64,000 nucleotides of DNA from Deltaproteobacteria bacterium. Lineage in GTDB: Bacteria; Myxococcota; Kuafuiibacteriia; Kuafuiibacteriales; Kuafuiibacteriaceae. Positions 30,042 through 39,875 of the stretch are shown piece after piece (position 1 is the stretch's first letter; each line of letters opens with the position of its first letter). Below the pieces are notes generated by a model. That model saw nothing but the letters and a program-made list of their open reading frames with translations. It was not told the DNA's origin and searched no databases. A program made the translations under genes and the position numbers. The stretch covers positions 346,361-410,360 of the forward strand of contig JAVJQW010000046.1 in the NCBI GenBank assembly GCA_040218735.1. The letters run 5' to 3'.

Positions 30042-32997
30042 GGTTCGAGATCCTCTCGTCGAAGGCGCGCAGGTCCTCGCGCGCCCGGGGGCTGGCGTCG
30101 ATCGACAACTCGGTGACGTCCAGCGGGAAGGCCTCCACGATCTCTTCGAGCTCGTGGCGGTGCCGCTCGAGCTCCGCTCGGACGGCTTGGGTTGCCGCCA
30201 CCAGCGCCACGCGATGGTGGCCCTGATGGTCGGGCGTAATCGTCAAACGAACCGGCGCGCCCTGATCGACGGGGAGGTCGATCGCAAAGCGGCGGAAGCT
30301 CGACATCGTCTGGCGCCGCGCAAGCTCCCTTGCTTCGGCGAAGAGGCGGTGCGCGCGCGCGACTTGTTCGGAGGGACGCGCCGGATCTTGCCGGAGCTCC
30401 GTCGCCTCGCGCGCGAAGGTGGCTGCGAACGTCTCCTCGGTCGCGACCCCGGTCGGTGCCTCGGGCTGCGTGCGCGCTTCGTGCGGGTGCGTCGTCGGCC
30501 GGTCGTCGGAGCCCGGCTGGCCGGTATCGGCGCGGAGGGGCGACGCCGCGCGCTCCGGTTCGTCGATCGCGGAGCGCTCGGTCTCGGTGTCCTCGATCTC
30601 GACCTCGACGTCCTCCGCCGCGTCCGCAGCGATCTCGGGCGGGGCCTCCACCGTGACGGCCGGCGTGGAGACCGTCGCGCCGGGCGCGGGCGCGGGCGTG
30701 CTCTCGGCCGCACGGGCCGCCTCCGCGGCGGCGGCGTGGGTCTCGGCGTCCAGCGTCACGCGGTGCGCGTGGTCCACGAGCTCCGCGACGACGGTCGGGC
30801 GCGAGGGATCCGCTTGTGTTGGCGCTCCGGTGCTCGTTGCCTTCGGGGACGTGGGCGCGGCGCTCGCGTGCGTCGGCGCACCGACGTCCTTCGCTCCGCG
30901 GAGAGCATGGGCTTGGTGCGTGGTCTCGACGGGGTTGAGCTCGGCGACACTCGAGGTCGTCGGGTCCGCGGGCACCTCGTTCGCCGTCTTCGCAGACGCC
31001 GACGGGTGCGCGAGGGCCGAGGGCTCCACGGTCGCGGGCGATGACTCGCGTCCGGGCGGTGGGCTGATCTCGGCGTCACCCGTGGTGCTCGGGCTCGAGG
31101 CGATCGTCGCCGCCTGCGGAGCGTCGGGTGCATCGACGCGCGAACGACCACGCTGAGGACGGGATTCCTCCGTAGGCGCCGTACGGATCGGAGCGTCGCG
31201 CGCTGTCGAAGCATCCGCGGTCGACTCGACTTCGGTCTGCGCCGAGGCACGGTCCGGGGACGGGGGCCTCGTGTCGATGGAGCGCGCGTCGTCCGCGTCG
31301 GCCAGGACTTCGCCGGTCGCGTCGGGCGAGAGCGACGGGACGCTGCGCCCGTCTCGCGCCGCGTCGACTCGCCGAGCGGCGTCCTCGGCCGTCGTGTTTG
31401 CCTCGGCGGCCTCGTCCGTAGCGACGATGCGCGTGTCTTCGAGCGCGCGACCCGACGCGCCGTGGTCAGCCTGCGCCACGACCGCGGGGCGCTGCGAAGT
31501 CGCGGGCTGCTCGGTGACCGCCGCGCGGTCCTTCGCCGTTTCCGGCGGTTCGGCGCCCGGCGCGTAGCCCTTCGCGGTCGCGGTGCGCTCGGCGCCCTTC
31601 GCGGCCTGCTCGGTAGCCGGCGCGGGGCTCTTCGCGGTCTGCTCGGTTGCCGGCGCGGGGCTCTCCGCGGCCTGCTCGGCGCTCGGCGCGGGGCTCTTCG
31701 CGGCCTGCTCGGCGCCCGGCGCCGGGCTCTTCGCAGTCGCGGCCTGCTCGAAGACCGACGCGTGGCCCTTCGCAGTCGCGCGCTCGGCGACGGCCGCGTG
31801 ACCCTTCGCAGTCGCGGGCTCTTCGGCGAACGCCTCCACCTCCGCCGGAGCACCGCGTTGCTCGGGCTCGGCGATCGCCGCAGGGCCGCTCGAGATTACG
31901 GGCTGCTCTTGCTCGGCGACCACCGCGGACGCTGCGTCGCGCTGCTCGCCATCGGCGAGGGTCGTGGAGCGCTCCGCAGACGCGTCGACGCGTCCCGCGA
32001 TCTCGGGATGCTTCGAAGCGACGTCTCCATCGATCGTGCCGCCGCCCGCCGAGCGCTGCGCGGACGTATCGAACCCGGCCGGCGCGCTCTGCTTCGAAGC
32101 TTCGACCCGCTCGTTCGACGTGCCCCCCTCGGACGCGTCTCGCGAGGCCGCGAAGGCGTTCGTCCCCTCCGTCGGCGTGTCCTCCGCGGACGGCGAAGCG
32201 TCGGGCGCCGCCGCCGAGGCGGGCCGAGGTGCCTCGGCGCCTTCGACGTCGACCGCGGCTTCGCTGGTCTTTGGCCCGTCGAGCCGGGTCTCGGGGTTCG
32301 ATTCGATCGCGGAGGTCGAGCTACGAGCGTCCGCCGCGGGGGATGCCGAAGCGGCGAGAGGGCGGTCGCCGGTCGCCGCGGCGGAGCTCGGCTCGGTCTC
32401 GATGTTGGGATCGCTGACGGGCGCAGTTTCGGCGTCCGCGGCCTCCGCGACTTCGGCCACGGCCGTGGTCTCGACCGGGCGCTCGTCGATCGTGCGCTGA
32501 TACAGACGCGCCGCCCGGACGGTGATGCCTTCCTGGTGCAGGTAGTGCACGAGCTCCGTCGCGACATCGTCCGCGGTTCGTGCGTGCGCCGAAGGCGAGG
32601 TGCGAAGATCGAGCGGCTCGTCCCCCTCGGGCATCGGCACCGACGTGATGCTCGGACGCCCCGGGGCCTCCACGATGGGTTGCTCACTCACGACGTCGTC
32701 TTCATCGACGTCGAGCGTGCTGGTCGAGTCGGGGAGCTTGGGTGCGTCCGGACCGGAGGAGGCGAGCGCCGCGTCGGTCGACTCCGTGGGAGGCGCCGCA
32801 TCGAGCTCCGCGTTGAAATCCGCGTTCTCTTCGGCGTCGATGATCTGATCCGGCTCGACGCTCACCGCGTCGGTCGGCTCGGGCTCCGCGAGGGCTCGTG
32901 CGAAGGCGGCGGCCGTCTCGGACCCGAAGTCACTCGGGCGCGGCGACGCGTTCTTCGTTTCCGTCTTCGTCCCTTCGGGTGTCGGCGTTATGTTCAC
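30013..32997 (-). CDS. fliK: Very long FliK-like hook-length control protein
   Basis: Immediately upstream of flgD; long disordered A/E/P/S/T-rich body; C-terminal VRLTI...RVALVAATQAVRAELERHRHELEE resembling a divergent FliK C-domain. Confidence 0.6.
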   Translation of the reverse strand: MNITPTPEGTKTETKNASPRPSDFGSETAAAFARALAEPEPTDAVSVEPDQIIDAEENADFNAELDAAPPTESTDAALASSGPDAPKLPDSTSTLDVDEDDVVSEQPIVEAPGRPSITSVPMPEGDEPLDLRTSPSAHARTADDVATELVHYLHQEGITVRAARLYQRTIDERPVETTAVAEVAEAADAETAPVSDPNIETEPSSAAATGDRPLAASASPAADARSSTSAIESNPETRLDGPKTSEAAVDVEGAEAPRPASAAAPDASPSAEDTPTEGTNAFAASRDASEGGTSNERVEASKQSAPAGFDTSAQRSAGGGTIDGDVASKHPEIAGRVDASAERSTTLADGEQRDAASAVVAEQEQPVISSGPAAIAEPEQRGAPAEVEAFAEEPATAKGHAAVAERATAKGHASVFEQAATAKSPAPGAEQAAKSPAPSAEQAAESPAPATEQTAKSPAPATEQAAKGAERTATAKGYAPGAEPPETAKDRAAVTEQPATSQRPAVVAQADHGASGRALEDTRIVATDEAAEANTTAEDAARRVDAARDGRSVPSLSPDATGEVLADADDARSIDTRPPSPDRASAQTEVESTADASTARDAPIRTAPTEESRPQRGRSRVDAPDAPQAATIASSPSTTGDAEISPPPGRESSPATVEPSALAHPSASAKTANEVPADPTTSSVAELNPVETTHQAHALRGAKDVGAPTHASAAPTSPKATSTGAPTQADPSRPTVVAELVDHAHRVTLDAETHAAAAEAARAAESTPAPAPGATVSTPAVTVEAPPEIAADAAEDVEVEIEDTETERSAIDEPERAASPLRADTGQPGSDDRPTTHPHEARTQPEAPTGVATEETFAATFAREATELRQDPARPSEQVARAHRLFAEARELARRQTMSSFRRFAIDLPVDQGAPVRLTITPDHQGHHRVALVAATQAVRAELERHRHELEEIVEAFPLDVTELSIDASPRAREDLRAFDERISNHGNQRPERR
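31500..31830. repeat. Coding tandem repeats in the FliK-like gene (33-bp AKSPAPxxEQx units and related ATAKGHA units)
   Basis: Protein reads ATAKGHAAVAER ATAKGHASVFEQA ATAKSPAPGAEQA AKSPAPSAEQA AESPAPATEQT AKSPAPATEQA AKG. Confidence 0.8.
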
Positions 32998-33487
32998 GCT
33001 TCAAATAGATTCGGCTGAGCTTCGCCGCCTTTGAGGGTGGGAGTAGAGAAAGTATGAGCGCGGCCTTTCGAGGCTGAAGACCCTCGAGGATCGACACCGC
33101 GGTCCCCTCCGGGAGGTTCTGCAGGTACGCCGACGACTTCTCCGCGGACATCTTCGAAGTGATCTCCACCAGCCGCGCGAGCCGCGCCGAGAACAGCACT
33201 TCCTTCGCCGCGAGGATTGCCTTCTCAACCGCCTGACGCTCCTCGATCGCGCGCTCCAGCTTCGTCAGCTTGGACTCGATCTCCGCCTCGGCGCGCTTGA
33301 TGTCTTCGCGCGTCGCCTCGAGCTCCGCGCGTTCCCGCGCGAGCTGCTCGCGTTCGCGTTGGATGGCTTCCAGGATCGCTTTGCTGTCCGCGGTCGTGTC
33401 GACGGTGCTCTCACGCGGCTTCGGGTCGCTGTCCGGCGCAGGGTTCGCGGAGAGGAACAGCGCGAGCAACAGTTGGGTCGAAGTCAT
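32930..33487 (-). CDS. MotE/FlbB-like coiled-coil flagellar protein
   Basis: Signal-like N-terminus, coiled coil, KMSAEKSS...LQPRKAALILSLLPPSKAAKL tail; located between fliI and fliK. Confidence 0.65.
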   Translation of the reverse strand: MTSTQLLLALFLSANPAPDSDPKPRESTVDTTADSKAILEAIQREREQLARERAELEATREDIKRAEAEIESKLTKLERAIEERQAVEKAILAAKEVLFSARLARLVEITSKMSAEKSSAYLQNLPEGTAVSILEGLQPRKAALILSLLPPSKAAKLSRIYLKREHNADTRRDEDGNEERVAAPE

Positions 33488-34800
33488 TTGTCACCTCCCA
33501 GGACCGCGCCGAGCGCGCCGAGTGTCTTGCTCATCGTCCGGTGTTCGTTGCGGCCCTGCTGAAAGACCTCCTGCACCTGCGGGAACAGACGCACGGTGCG
33601 GTCGACGATCGGATCCGATCCAGTTTGATACGCACCAACTTGGATCAGCTCGCGCACCTCTTCGTAGTGCGACATCACGGCGCGCGCCTGCGTCGCGAGC
33701 ATCGCGTGGTGCGGCTCGATGATCTCCGAAGCGACTCGCGACAGGGAACCGGGCACATCGACCGCGGGGTAGCGCCCCGCCTCGGCGATCTTGCGTGACA
33801 GCACCAGGTGCCCGTCGAGGATCGACCGGGCGGCGTCCGCGATCGGCTCCGTCATGTCGTCGCCATCGACGAGGACTGTATAAAACGCGGTCATCGTGCC
33901 GGGCCCCTCGGCGTTGCCGGCGCGTTCGAGGATCTTCGGCAACGTCGAGAACACCGACGGTGGGTAGCCACGCGTCGTCGGTGGCTCGCCTGCGGACAGC
34001 CCGATCTCGCGGAGCGCGTGTGCGAGCCGAGTGAGAGAGTCCATCGCGAGCATGACGTGGCGCCCGTGGTCGCGGAAGTATTCGGCGAGCGCCGTCGCGA
34101 GCAGCGCAGCACGGACGCGCAAGATCGGAGCGGCGTCACCCGTCGCGACGATCAGCACCGTCTTCGCGCGACCTTCTTCTCCGAGCTCACGCTCGATGAA
34201 CTCACGAACCTCACGGCCACGCTCACCGATGAGCGCGATGACATTGACGTCCGCGGTACCGAACCGCGCGATCATCCCGAGGAGCGTGCTCTTCCCGACG
34301 CCGGGGCCCGCGAAGACGCCCATACGCTGGCCGCGTCCTACGGTGTTGGGGCCGTCGATGACGGAGACTCCGGTCTCGAGCGGCGTGTCGATCGTCTGCC
34401 GCGTGAGCGGGTTCGGCGGAGAGCGGTACAGCGGGACGAGGTGTTTGCCGTGCACCGGCGGACCGCCGTCCATCGGCGCGCCGAGCGGATCGATCGACCG
34501 CCCGAGGAACTCTTCGGAGACGAGCTGCTGATCCGAAGTGCCCTCCGGCACTACGAGATCGCCGGGGCCGATGCCCCGCGCCTCACCGAACGGAGCGAGG
34601 ATCGTGTCGACGTCCGAGAACCCGATGACCTCCGCGAGGAGGTTTCGTCGGCCATCACGGCCTTCGATGCGGTAGATGGCGCCGGTCTGTGCGCGCGGCA
34701 AGGTAGCTTGCAACGTGCTCCCGCTGACACGTGTGATGCGCCCACCGGCGAGGAGGTGATCCTCCGACAGGGCGCGCTCGACGGCCGACCAGTTCAACAC
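33484..34800 (-). CDS. fliI: Flagellar export ATPase
   Basis: GPGVGKST, IGERGREV, MDSLTR, GEPPTTRGYPPS, DGHLVLSR. Confidence 0.95.
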   Translation of the reverse strand: MLNWSAVERALSEDHLLAGGRITRVSGSTLQATLPRAQTGAIYRIEGRDGRRNLLAEVIGFSDVDTILAPFGEARGIGPGDLVVPEGTSDQQLVSEEFLGRSIDPLGAPMDGGPPVHGKHLVPLYRSPPNPLTRQTIDTPLETGVSVIDGPNTVGRGQRMGVFAGPGVGKSTLLGMIARFGTADVNVIALIGERGREVREFIERELGEEGRAKTVLIVATGDAAPILRVRAALLATALAEYFRDHGRHVMLAMDSLTRLAHALREIGLSAGEPPTTRGYPPSVFSTLPKILERAGNAEGPGTMTAFYTVLVDGDDMTEPIADAARSILDGHLVLSRKIAEAGRYPAVDVPGSLSRVASEIIEPHHAMLATQARAVMSHYEEVRELIQVGAYQTGSDPIVDRTVRLFPQVQEVFQQGRNEHRTMSKTLGALGAVLGGDK

Positions 34801-34804
34801 GTCG

Positions 34805-35536
34805 TCACCCTCCCGCGACCGTCGTCTCGTCGGCCGGCATCCCGAGCTCGCGTCGTAGCGCCTGTTCGATTCGTCCGATGCCGGTGTCGACCCGTGCGTC
34901 CAGCGCGACCACGCCACTCGTGAGCATCAGATCGCCCGGCGCGAGCGAAGCGTCTTCCGTGACTTCGATGCCGGGGACGCCGAGGCTCGAGACCAGCTCT
35001 TCGAGCTGCATCTTCAGCCCGATCGCCGTCGCGGCGTCACACGCGATCTTCAGCGGTGCGTCGGTGCCGATGTGCTCGACGGCGTGAGAGACGGCCGCGA
35101 CGATCGCGTCCGGGTTCGAGGTGAGCGCCTCGCGCGTGAGCGTCTCGCCGATGCGCAACGCGAGCCGAACGCAGTCCTCCTGCGCCGACTTCTCGGTCGT
35201 CGCGAGTGCACGCCGCAGATGCTCGATCGCACCTTCGAAACGTTCGAACATCTGCTCCGCGGCGCTCGCCGCGGCGGCCTGTCCCGCTGCGAAGCCTTCT
35301 TCGTAGGCCTGCGAACGCGCCCGCTCGACGTCGACGTCGTTCTTCGGCGCGGGCGGGGGCGTCGGGACCTCGACGGCTTCGCGAGATCGCGGCGCGCCGA
35401 CCGGACGACCGCGGCGGGACTCCCGGAACGTCGCCACCTCGATCGTGACGGGCTCGGCGACGCGAACGAGCGTCACCAAGTCACGGCCGATGGCGCCGCT
35501 GCTCAGCAGTCGCTTCTGGTGCGGATCGGAGGACAC
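34805..35536 (-). CDS. fliH: Flagellar assembly protein FliH
   Basis: AYEEGFAAG repeat, DASLAPGD...LDARV C-terminus; between fliG and fliI. Confidence 0.8.
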   Translation of the reverse strand: MSSDPHQKRLLSSGAIGRDLVTLVRVAEPVTIEVATFRESRRGRPVGAPRSREAVEVPTPPPAPKNDVDVERARSQAYEEGFAAGQAAAASAAEQMFERFEGAIEHLRRALATTEKSAQEDCVRLALRIGETLTREALTSNPDAIVAAVSHAVEHIGTDAPLKIACDAATAIGLKMQLEELVSSLGVPGIEVTEDASLAPGDLMLTSGVVALDARVDTGIGRIEQALRRELGMPADETTVAGG

Positions 35537-35546
35537 TTTCGCTCTC

Positions 35547-36536
35547 CTACACGAGCTCGTCGTTGCTCGACTTGTTCACGTCGATGGCGCCGTTCTGCGC
35601 GAGGTTGAGGGCCACGCGGACGACTTCGCTCTGCGCCTTCTCCACTTCGCTCAGCCGAACGAGGCCGCGGTTCTCCATGTCGTCCGCGATCATCTCGGCG
35701 GCGCGCGCGGAGAGGTTGCTGAAGAAGTGATCCTTGAGCTCGTCGCCGGCGGCCTTCAGGGCCATGACCAACGTGTCGCGCTCGACCTCCTTGAGGAGCG
35801 TCTGAATACCGCCTCCATCGACGTAGATGAGATCGTCGAACACGAACATCAGCGAGCGGACCTCTTCGGCGAGCTCTTCGTCCGCCTCCTGCACCTCGTT
35901 CATCAGCGATTGCTCCACCGACTTGTCGAGGTTGTTCATGATGTCCGCGACGAGGTGGATGCCGCCCACCTTCTGCGTGAGCCCCTTGCCCATGCGTGCG
36001 ATCTCCGAGACCAGGGCCTGCTCGAGGAGATCGACCACCTCCGGCGAGACCTGATCGATCTTCGCGAGCCGACGGATGACATCCGGCTGCAGCTGGTCCG
36101 GCAACATCGCCAGGACCTCGGCGCCGCGCTCCGGCGGGAGGTGCGCGAGGATGAGCGACACCGTCTGCGGGTGCTCCTTCTTCACGAGCGAGGAGATCGT
36201 CCGCGCGTCGAGCTCGGCGAGCGTGTCGTTCAACCCGGTCGTCGCGTCGCCGAGGTACTCGCGCGCACGCTGCGAACCCAGGTTCTGCGTCGCGAGCTGC
36301 GCGATGAACGCCGAGCCCGACTTGAGCTCGGGGCTGATCGCCTGCATCTCCGCGACGAAGCTCTCGAGGCACGCTTCGACCTGATCCGCGGTGAAGCTGG
36401 CGACCTTCCGGGTCGCGTGGTGCAGGAGCTTGATCTCGCGACGCGTGAGGTTCTGGAAAACGTCGTTCGCGAGCTCCTCACCGAGGTGGATGAAGACCAC
36501 CGCCGCCTTTTCGACGCCCGTGTATTCGGTCGTCAT
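35547..36536 (-). CDS. fliG: Flagellar motor switch protein FliG
   Basis: GVEKAA, EHPQT, MFVFDDL, NLSARAA. Confidence 0.93.
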   Translation of the reverse strand: MTTEYTGVEKAAVVFIHLGEELANDVFQNLTRREIKLLHHATRKVASFTADQVEACLESFVAEMQAISPELKSGSAFIAQLATQNLGSQRAREYLGDATTGLNDTLAELDARTISSLVKKEHPQTVSLILAHLPPERGAEVLAMLPDQLQPDVIRRLAKIDQVSPEVVDLLEQALVSEIARMGKGLTQKVGGIHLVADIMNNLDKSVEQSLMNEVQEADEELAEEVRSLMFVFDDLIYVDGGGIQTLLKEVERDTLVMALKAAGDELKDHFFSNLSARAAEMIADDMENRGLVRLSEVEKAQSEVVRVALNLAQNGAIDVNKSSNDELV

Positions 36537-38197
36537 AGCGGCCTCACCGACAGCCATTCCTTCATGACCTGCGTCGTCGCGTTGAGGTTGGCGCTCGCCA
36601 TGCGTTTCACTTCTTCCTTGATCGGCACCTGCCCCATCGTTTCATTAGACATTTCTTCGGCGGCCTTCCGCTCCGCCTCGATTCGAGCCTGCTCTTCCTC
36701 CTCCTCGCGGAGTCGGTGCTCTTCGGCGCGCAGCTTGCGGGCCTTCTCCGTCCGGAACATCGCGAACGCGACGAGGACGAAGCCGAAGAGCATGACTCCG
36801 GAGAAGGGGATCCAAGGGGGGATGGTCTCGAAGCCGAGCACACCCGTCTCGGCCGCTTGGAACTCTTCCGGCTCGAAGGTCGGACGGTTGAACGGCGCGT
36901 AGAGCACTTCGACCTGGTCCCCGCGCACGGGATCGAAACCCACCGCCTTCTTGACGATCTCCGCGAGCGCTCGCTGACTGGGGATGGGCGCTGCGCGCCG
37001 TGTCTTGATCTCGACGTCGACCGGCTGCTCCTTCGTCTCGCCTTCGCCCTCGGCGGGCGGTTCGTCCGCAGGCGGCTCCATCACGGTGGAGTCGATGACG
37101 ACGGCGACCGAGAGCCGTTCGAGCGAACCCATGGGACGCGTCGACTCCGTGATCTTCTTCGGCACGGCGTAGTCGGTCTCCGTCACGCTGTTCTCGTTGT
37201 TGGTGCTGGACGACGGACCGTCGTTTCCACCGGCCGGACGCTGCGGGCCGTTGCCGCCGACGCCCGCCGCACGCGCCGGGCCGCGATCCTGTGAGCTCGC
37301 CGTGTCCTTACTCGTACGCTCGCGACGAACGACGGCGTTGTCCGGGTCGTACTCCTCGGAGCGCTGCTCGACGCGGCTCATGTCCATGCGCGCCGAGACT
37401 CGCGCGACGACGCGGCCCTGACCGACGATGGGCTCGAGGAGCTGAATGATGCGCTCTTCGTACTGCGACTCCTGCTCCTGCCGGAGCGCGAGCGAACGGG
37501 AGGCGAGGGCGGTGGCGGGATCCCCGCTCGACACCCCGACGCGACGTCCGAGGTGGTCGGTCACCGAGACCTTGTCGGGGTGAAGGCCCTCGACCGCGTG
37601 CGCGACCGTATCTTGAATGGAGACCGCGAGCTCCTTCGTGAAGCCGTACCCACGAGCGAGCTCGATGACCACGGACGCCTTGGGGGCGCTCGACGTGTGC
37701 TCCAGGATCGAGTTCTTCGGAACGGCGAGGTTCACCATCGCGCGCTTCACGGGTTTGAGCGCGGCGAGCTTCATCTCGATGCTCTTCTCCTTCGCGTGGG
37801 TACGCATGGCCTGCTCCATGCTCGCGGTCGTGAACGTCGCGCCGCCGCTCTCGAACATCGACTTGTAGGGGTCGAACGACTGACCCACGTCGACGCCCTG
37901 CTCGAGGAGCGTCATCTTCAGGTCGGTCAGCTGCTCCATCGGCACGAGCACCGTGCTGCCGCCCGACGTCTCCTCGATTCGAAACTGCACGCCCTTGGCC
38001 GCCAGGACCTTCTTCACCTGCCCGGCGTCGGTGAGTGACATCGGCTCCTGAGTGATCGGCACCCAGTTGTGCGTCGGGTCGGTCGAGGCGAACCACGCGC
38101 CGAACAACACCAACCCGACGAGCCCGGTGATCCCGGCGGCGCGGCTGACGGGTGGGGCGTCCTTCCACCAGGTCTTGACGGTCTCGAGGAGGTTCAT
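36533..38197 (-). CDS. fliF: Flagellar MS-ring protein
   Basis: Two TM segments, PKASVV, AVEGLHPDKVSVTD, RLSVAVVID, GFDPVRGDQV. Confidence 0.9.
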   Translation of the reverse strand: MNLLETVKTWWKDAPPVSRAAGITGLVGLVLFGAWFASTDPTHNWVPITQEPMSLTDAGQVKKVLAAKGVQFRIEETSGGSTVLVPMEQLTDLKMTLLEQGVDVGQSFDPYKSMFESGGATFTTASMEQAMRTHAKEKSIEMKLAALKPVKRAMVNLAVPKNSILEHTSSAPKASVVIELARGYGFTKELAVSIQDTVAHAVEGLHPDKVSVTDHLGRRVGVSSGDPATALASRSLALRQEQESQYEERIIQLLEPIVGQGRVVARVSARMDMSRVEQRSEEYDPDNAVVRRERTSKDTASSQDRGPARAAGVGGNGPQRPAGGNDGPSSSTNNENSVTETDYAVPKKITESTRPMGSLERLSVAVVIDSTVMEPPADEPPAEGEGETKEQPVDVEIKTRRAAPIPSQRALAEIVKKAVGFDPVRGDQVEVLYAPFNRPTFEPEEFQAAETGVLGFETIPPWIPFSGVMLFGFVLVAFAMFRTEKARKLRAEEHRLREEEEEQARIEAERKAAEEMSNETMGQVPIKEEVKRMASANLNATTQVMKEWLSVRPL

Positions 38198-38210
38198 GGC
38201 TCAGCCTTCG

Positions 38211-38510
38211 CTACATGTTCATGTTCATGATCTCGCGGTAGGCATCGACGGCCTTGTTCCGCACTTGGACCATGAAGCGGAACGACAGGTCCGCCTTTGT
38301 CATCGAGATCATCGCTTGGTGAGGCTCCGCGTCTCCGACGAGCGACGCAGCGGCGGTCTTGTCCGCGTCGGCGAGCGAGCCGCGCACGGACTCGACCGAG
38401 TCACCGAGCAGCTTCGCGAAGTCGGTGGTGCTCGTGCCGTCTTCGGAGGACGACGCCTTCGGGCGCGCCGCGTCGAAGAGTTTACTGCGAATATCCGGGA
38501 GGCGTTCCAT
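38211..38510 (-). CDS. fliE: Hook-basal body protein FliE
   Basis: KADLSF...VRNKAVDAYREIMNM. Confidence 0.92.
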   Translation of the reverse strand: MERLPDIRSKLFDAARPKASSSEDGTSTTDFAKLLGDSVESVRGSLADADKTAAASLVGDAEPHQAMISMTKADLSFRFMVQVRNKAVDAYREIMNMNM

Positions 38511-38959
38511 CAGACACCTCGCCCGATGTTGAACGCGCGCTGCGCCATCTCACGCACCGCGGTGAGTACGTTGAGGTTGGCCTGGTACGCACGCATCGTC
38601 GTGATCATGTCGACCATCTCTTCCACTGGCGACACGTTGGGGTACGCGACGTACCCATCCTCGTTCGCGTGGGGGTGCGACGGGTCGTGGACCATGCGCG
38701 GCGGGGCGTCGTCCTCGCGGATGTCCTCCACCTGCACGGAGTCGACGAGGCGACCCACGTCGTCGCGCAGGAGCCGGCCGAAGTCGTTGCGGGCCGGCTC
38801 TGCGCTCAACACGACGTCGCGGCGTCGGTAGCCGACCTCTCCGTCGGGCGCGGTGGTCTGCGCGTTTGCGAGGTTGCCCGACACGACGTCGAGGCGGGTT
38901 CGCTGTGACGAGAGCGCGCGTCCTGCGAGCTCGAGCGCCTTGAAGACGGAGAGTGCCAT
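38510..38959 (-). CDS. flgC: Basal-body rod protein FlgC
   Basis: NLANAQTT, YRRR, DPSHPHA...GYVAYPNV, RAYQAN. Confidence 0.94.
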   Translation of the reverse strand: MALSVFKALELAGRALSSQRTRLDVVSGNLANAQTTAPDGEVGYRRRDVVLSAEPARNDFGRLLRDDVGRLVDSVQVEDIREDDAPPRMVHDPSHPHANEDGYVAYPNVSPVEEMVDMITTMRAYQANLNVLTAVREMAQRAFNIGRGV

Positions 38960-38961
38960 GG

Positions 38962-39327
38962 CTATCGACCTCCTTCGTCGATGCTGTATTTGAGCAGCGC
39001 GAGTCGCCGATTCACGATCTCGGTCGCGAGCTCGTGGAACACACGGTTCGAAGTCATCCGGACGACCTCTTGGTCGAGGTCCACGCGGTTGCCGTCCATC
39101 CCGGGCTCCACGTCGTGCCGCTCGTACTCACGCGGGTCCGGAAGAGAGGGCATCCCTTCCGGCCGCTCGAGCTCACGCGACAGGTACTTCGAGAACTCGA
39201 CGTCCGTCGGCGTGTAGTCCGGCGTGTCGACGTTTGCGATATTCGTCGACAGCGCGCGGTGGCGCTGGGTCGACAGATCGAGCGCACGCTCGAGCCACGG
39301 ACCCAGCTTGTCCGGACCGACCTTCAT
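38962..39327 (-). CDS. flgB: Basal-body rod protein FlgB
   Basis: NIANVDTPDY, DGNRVDLDQE. Confidence 0.92.
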   Translation of the reverse strand: MKVGPDKLGPWLERALDLSTQRHRALSTNIANVDTPDYTPTDVEFSKYLSRELERPEGMPSLPDPREYERHDVEPGMDGNRVDLDQEVVRMTSNRVFHELATEIVNRRLALLKYSIDEGGR

Positions 39328-39875
39328 CCCACGAGCTCCGCGTTCGTCGCGCGCGTGGCGGACAGGTTGAAGTAGGAGAGCCGACGCTTCAGCGCCGGGT
39401 CGAGCGAACGCCCGTCCGAGTCGCTCTCCTGAACGACGACGACGCGCGGGATGCGGTCGTGGCGGAGGCGGCCGTGGAGGCGGCTCTCGTCGAGCACCTC
39501 GAGGATCCGCTGCAAGCTGACCTGCAGCTCACGCGGCCAGGCCTCGACCCGGAAGAGGGCCCAGGTCCCCAGCGCGTCCTCGTTCGGCTCGTCCTCTTCG
39601 TCGAAGACCGTCCGGAACAACGTCTCGGCTTCCTCCGGCGAGTGGCAGTTGTGCATCGGGAGGCTCGAGCGACGTCCGAGCTTGTGGAGCTGCTCGACCA
39701 GGTCGTGACAGATGTCTTCGCTGCCGCGCAGGAGGACGGGGGAGTCGGAGAGCGCGATGCCGCGCAGCGCCTGCGCCAACTCACAGAGCTTGGGCTGCGG
39801 GGCGACGCCCATCAGCGATCCGTTGATGCGAAGCGCGACGGCGTCCTGGTTGTTCTTGTTCTTCTTCAAAGTCAT
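39324..39875 (-). CDS. Stand-alone degenerate sigma54-activator (AAA+)-like domain protein
   Basis: SDSPVLLRG, LH...R, GTWALFRV..WPRELQVSL, PRVV, LKRRLS echo the bEBP fold; Walker A/B and GAFTGA absent. AGGAG RBS. Confidence 0.55.
   Translation of the reverse strand: MTLKKNKNNQDAVALRINGSLMGVAPQPKLCELAQALRGIALSDSPVLLRGSEDICHDLVEQLHKLGRRSSLPMHNCHSPEEAETLFRTVFDEEDEPNEDALGTWALFRVEAWPRELQVSLQRILEVLDESRLHGRLRHDRIPRVVVVQESDSDGRSLDPALKRRLSYFNLSATRATNAELVG

Noticed and set aside
31500-31830. 33-bp repeats as a CRISPR array or mobile element
   Set aside because: Degenerate, adjacent and in-frame within the FliK-like gene.
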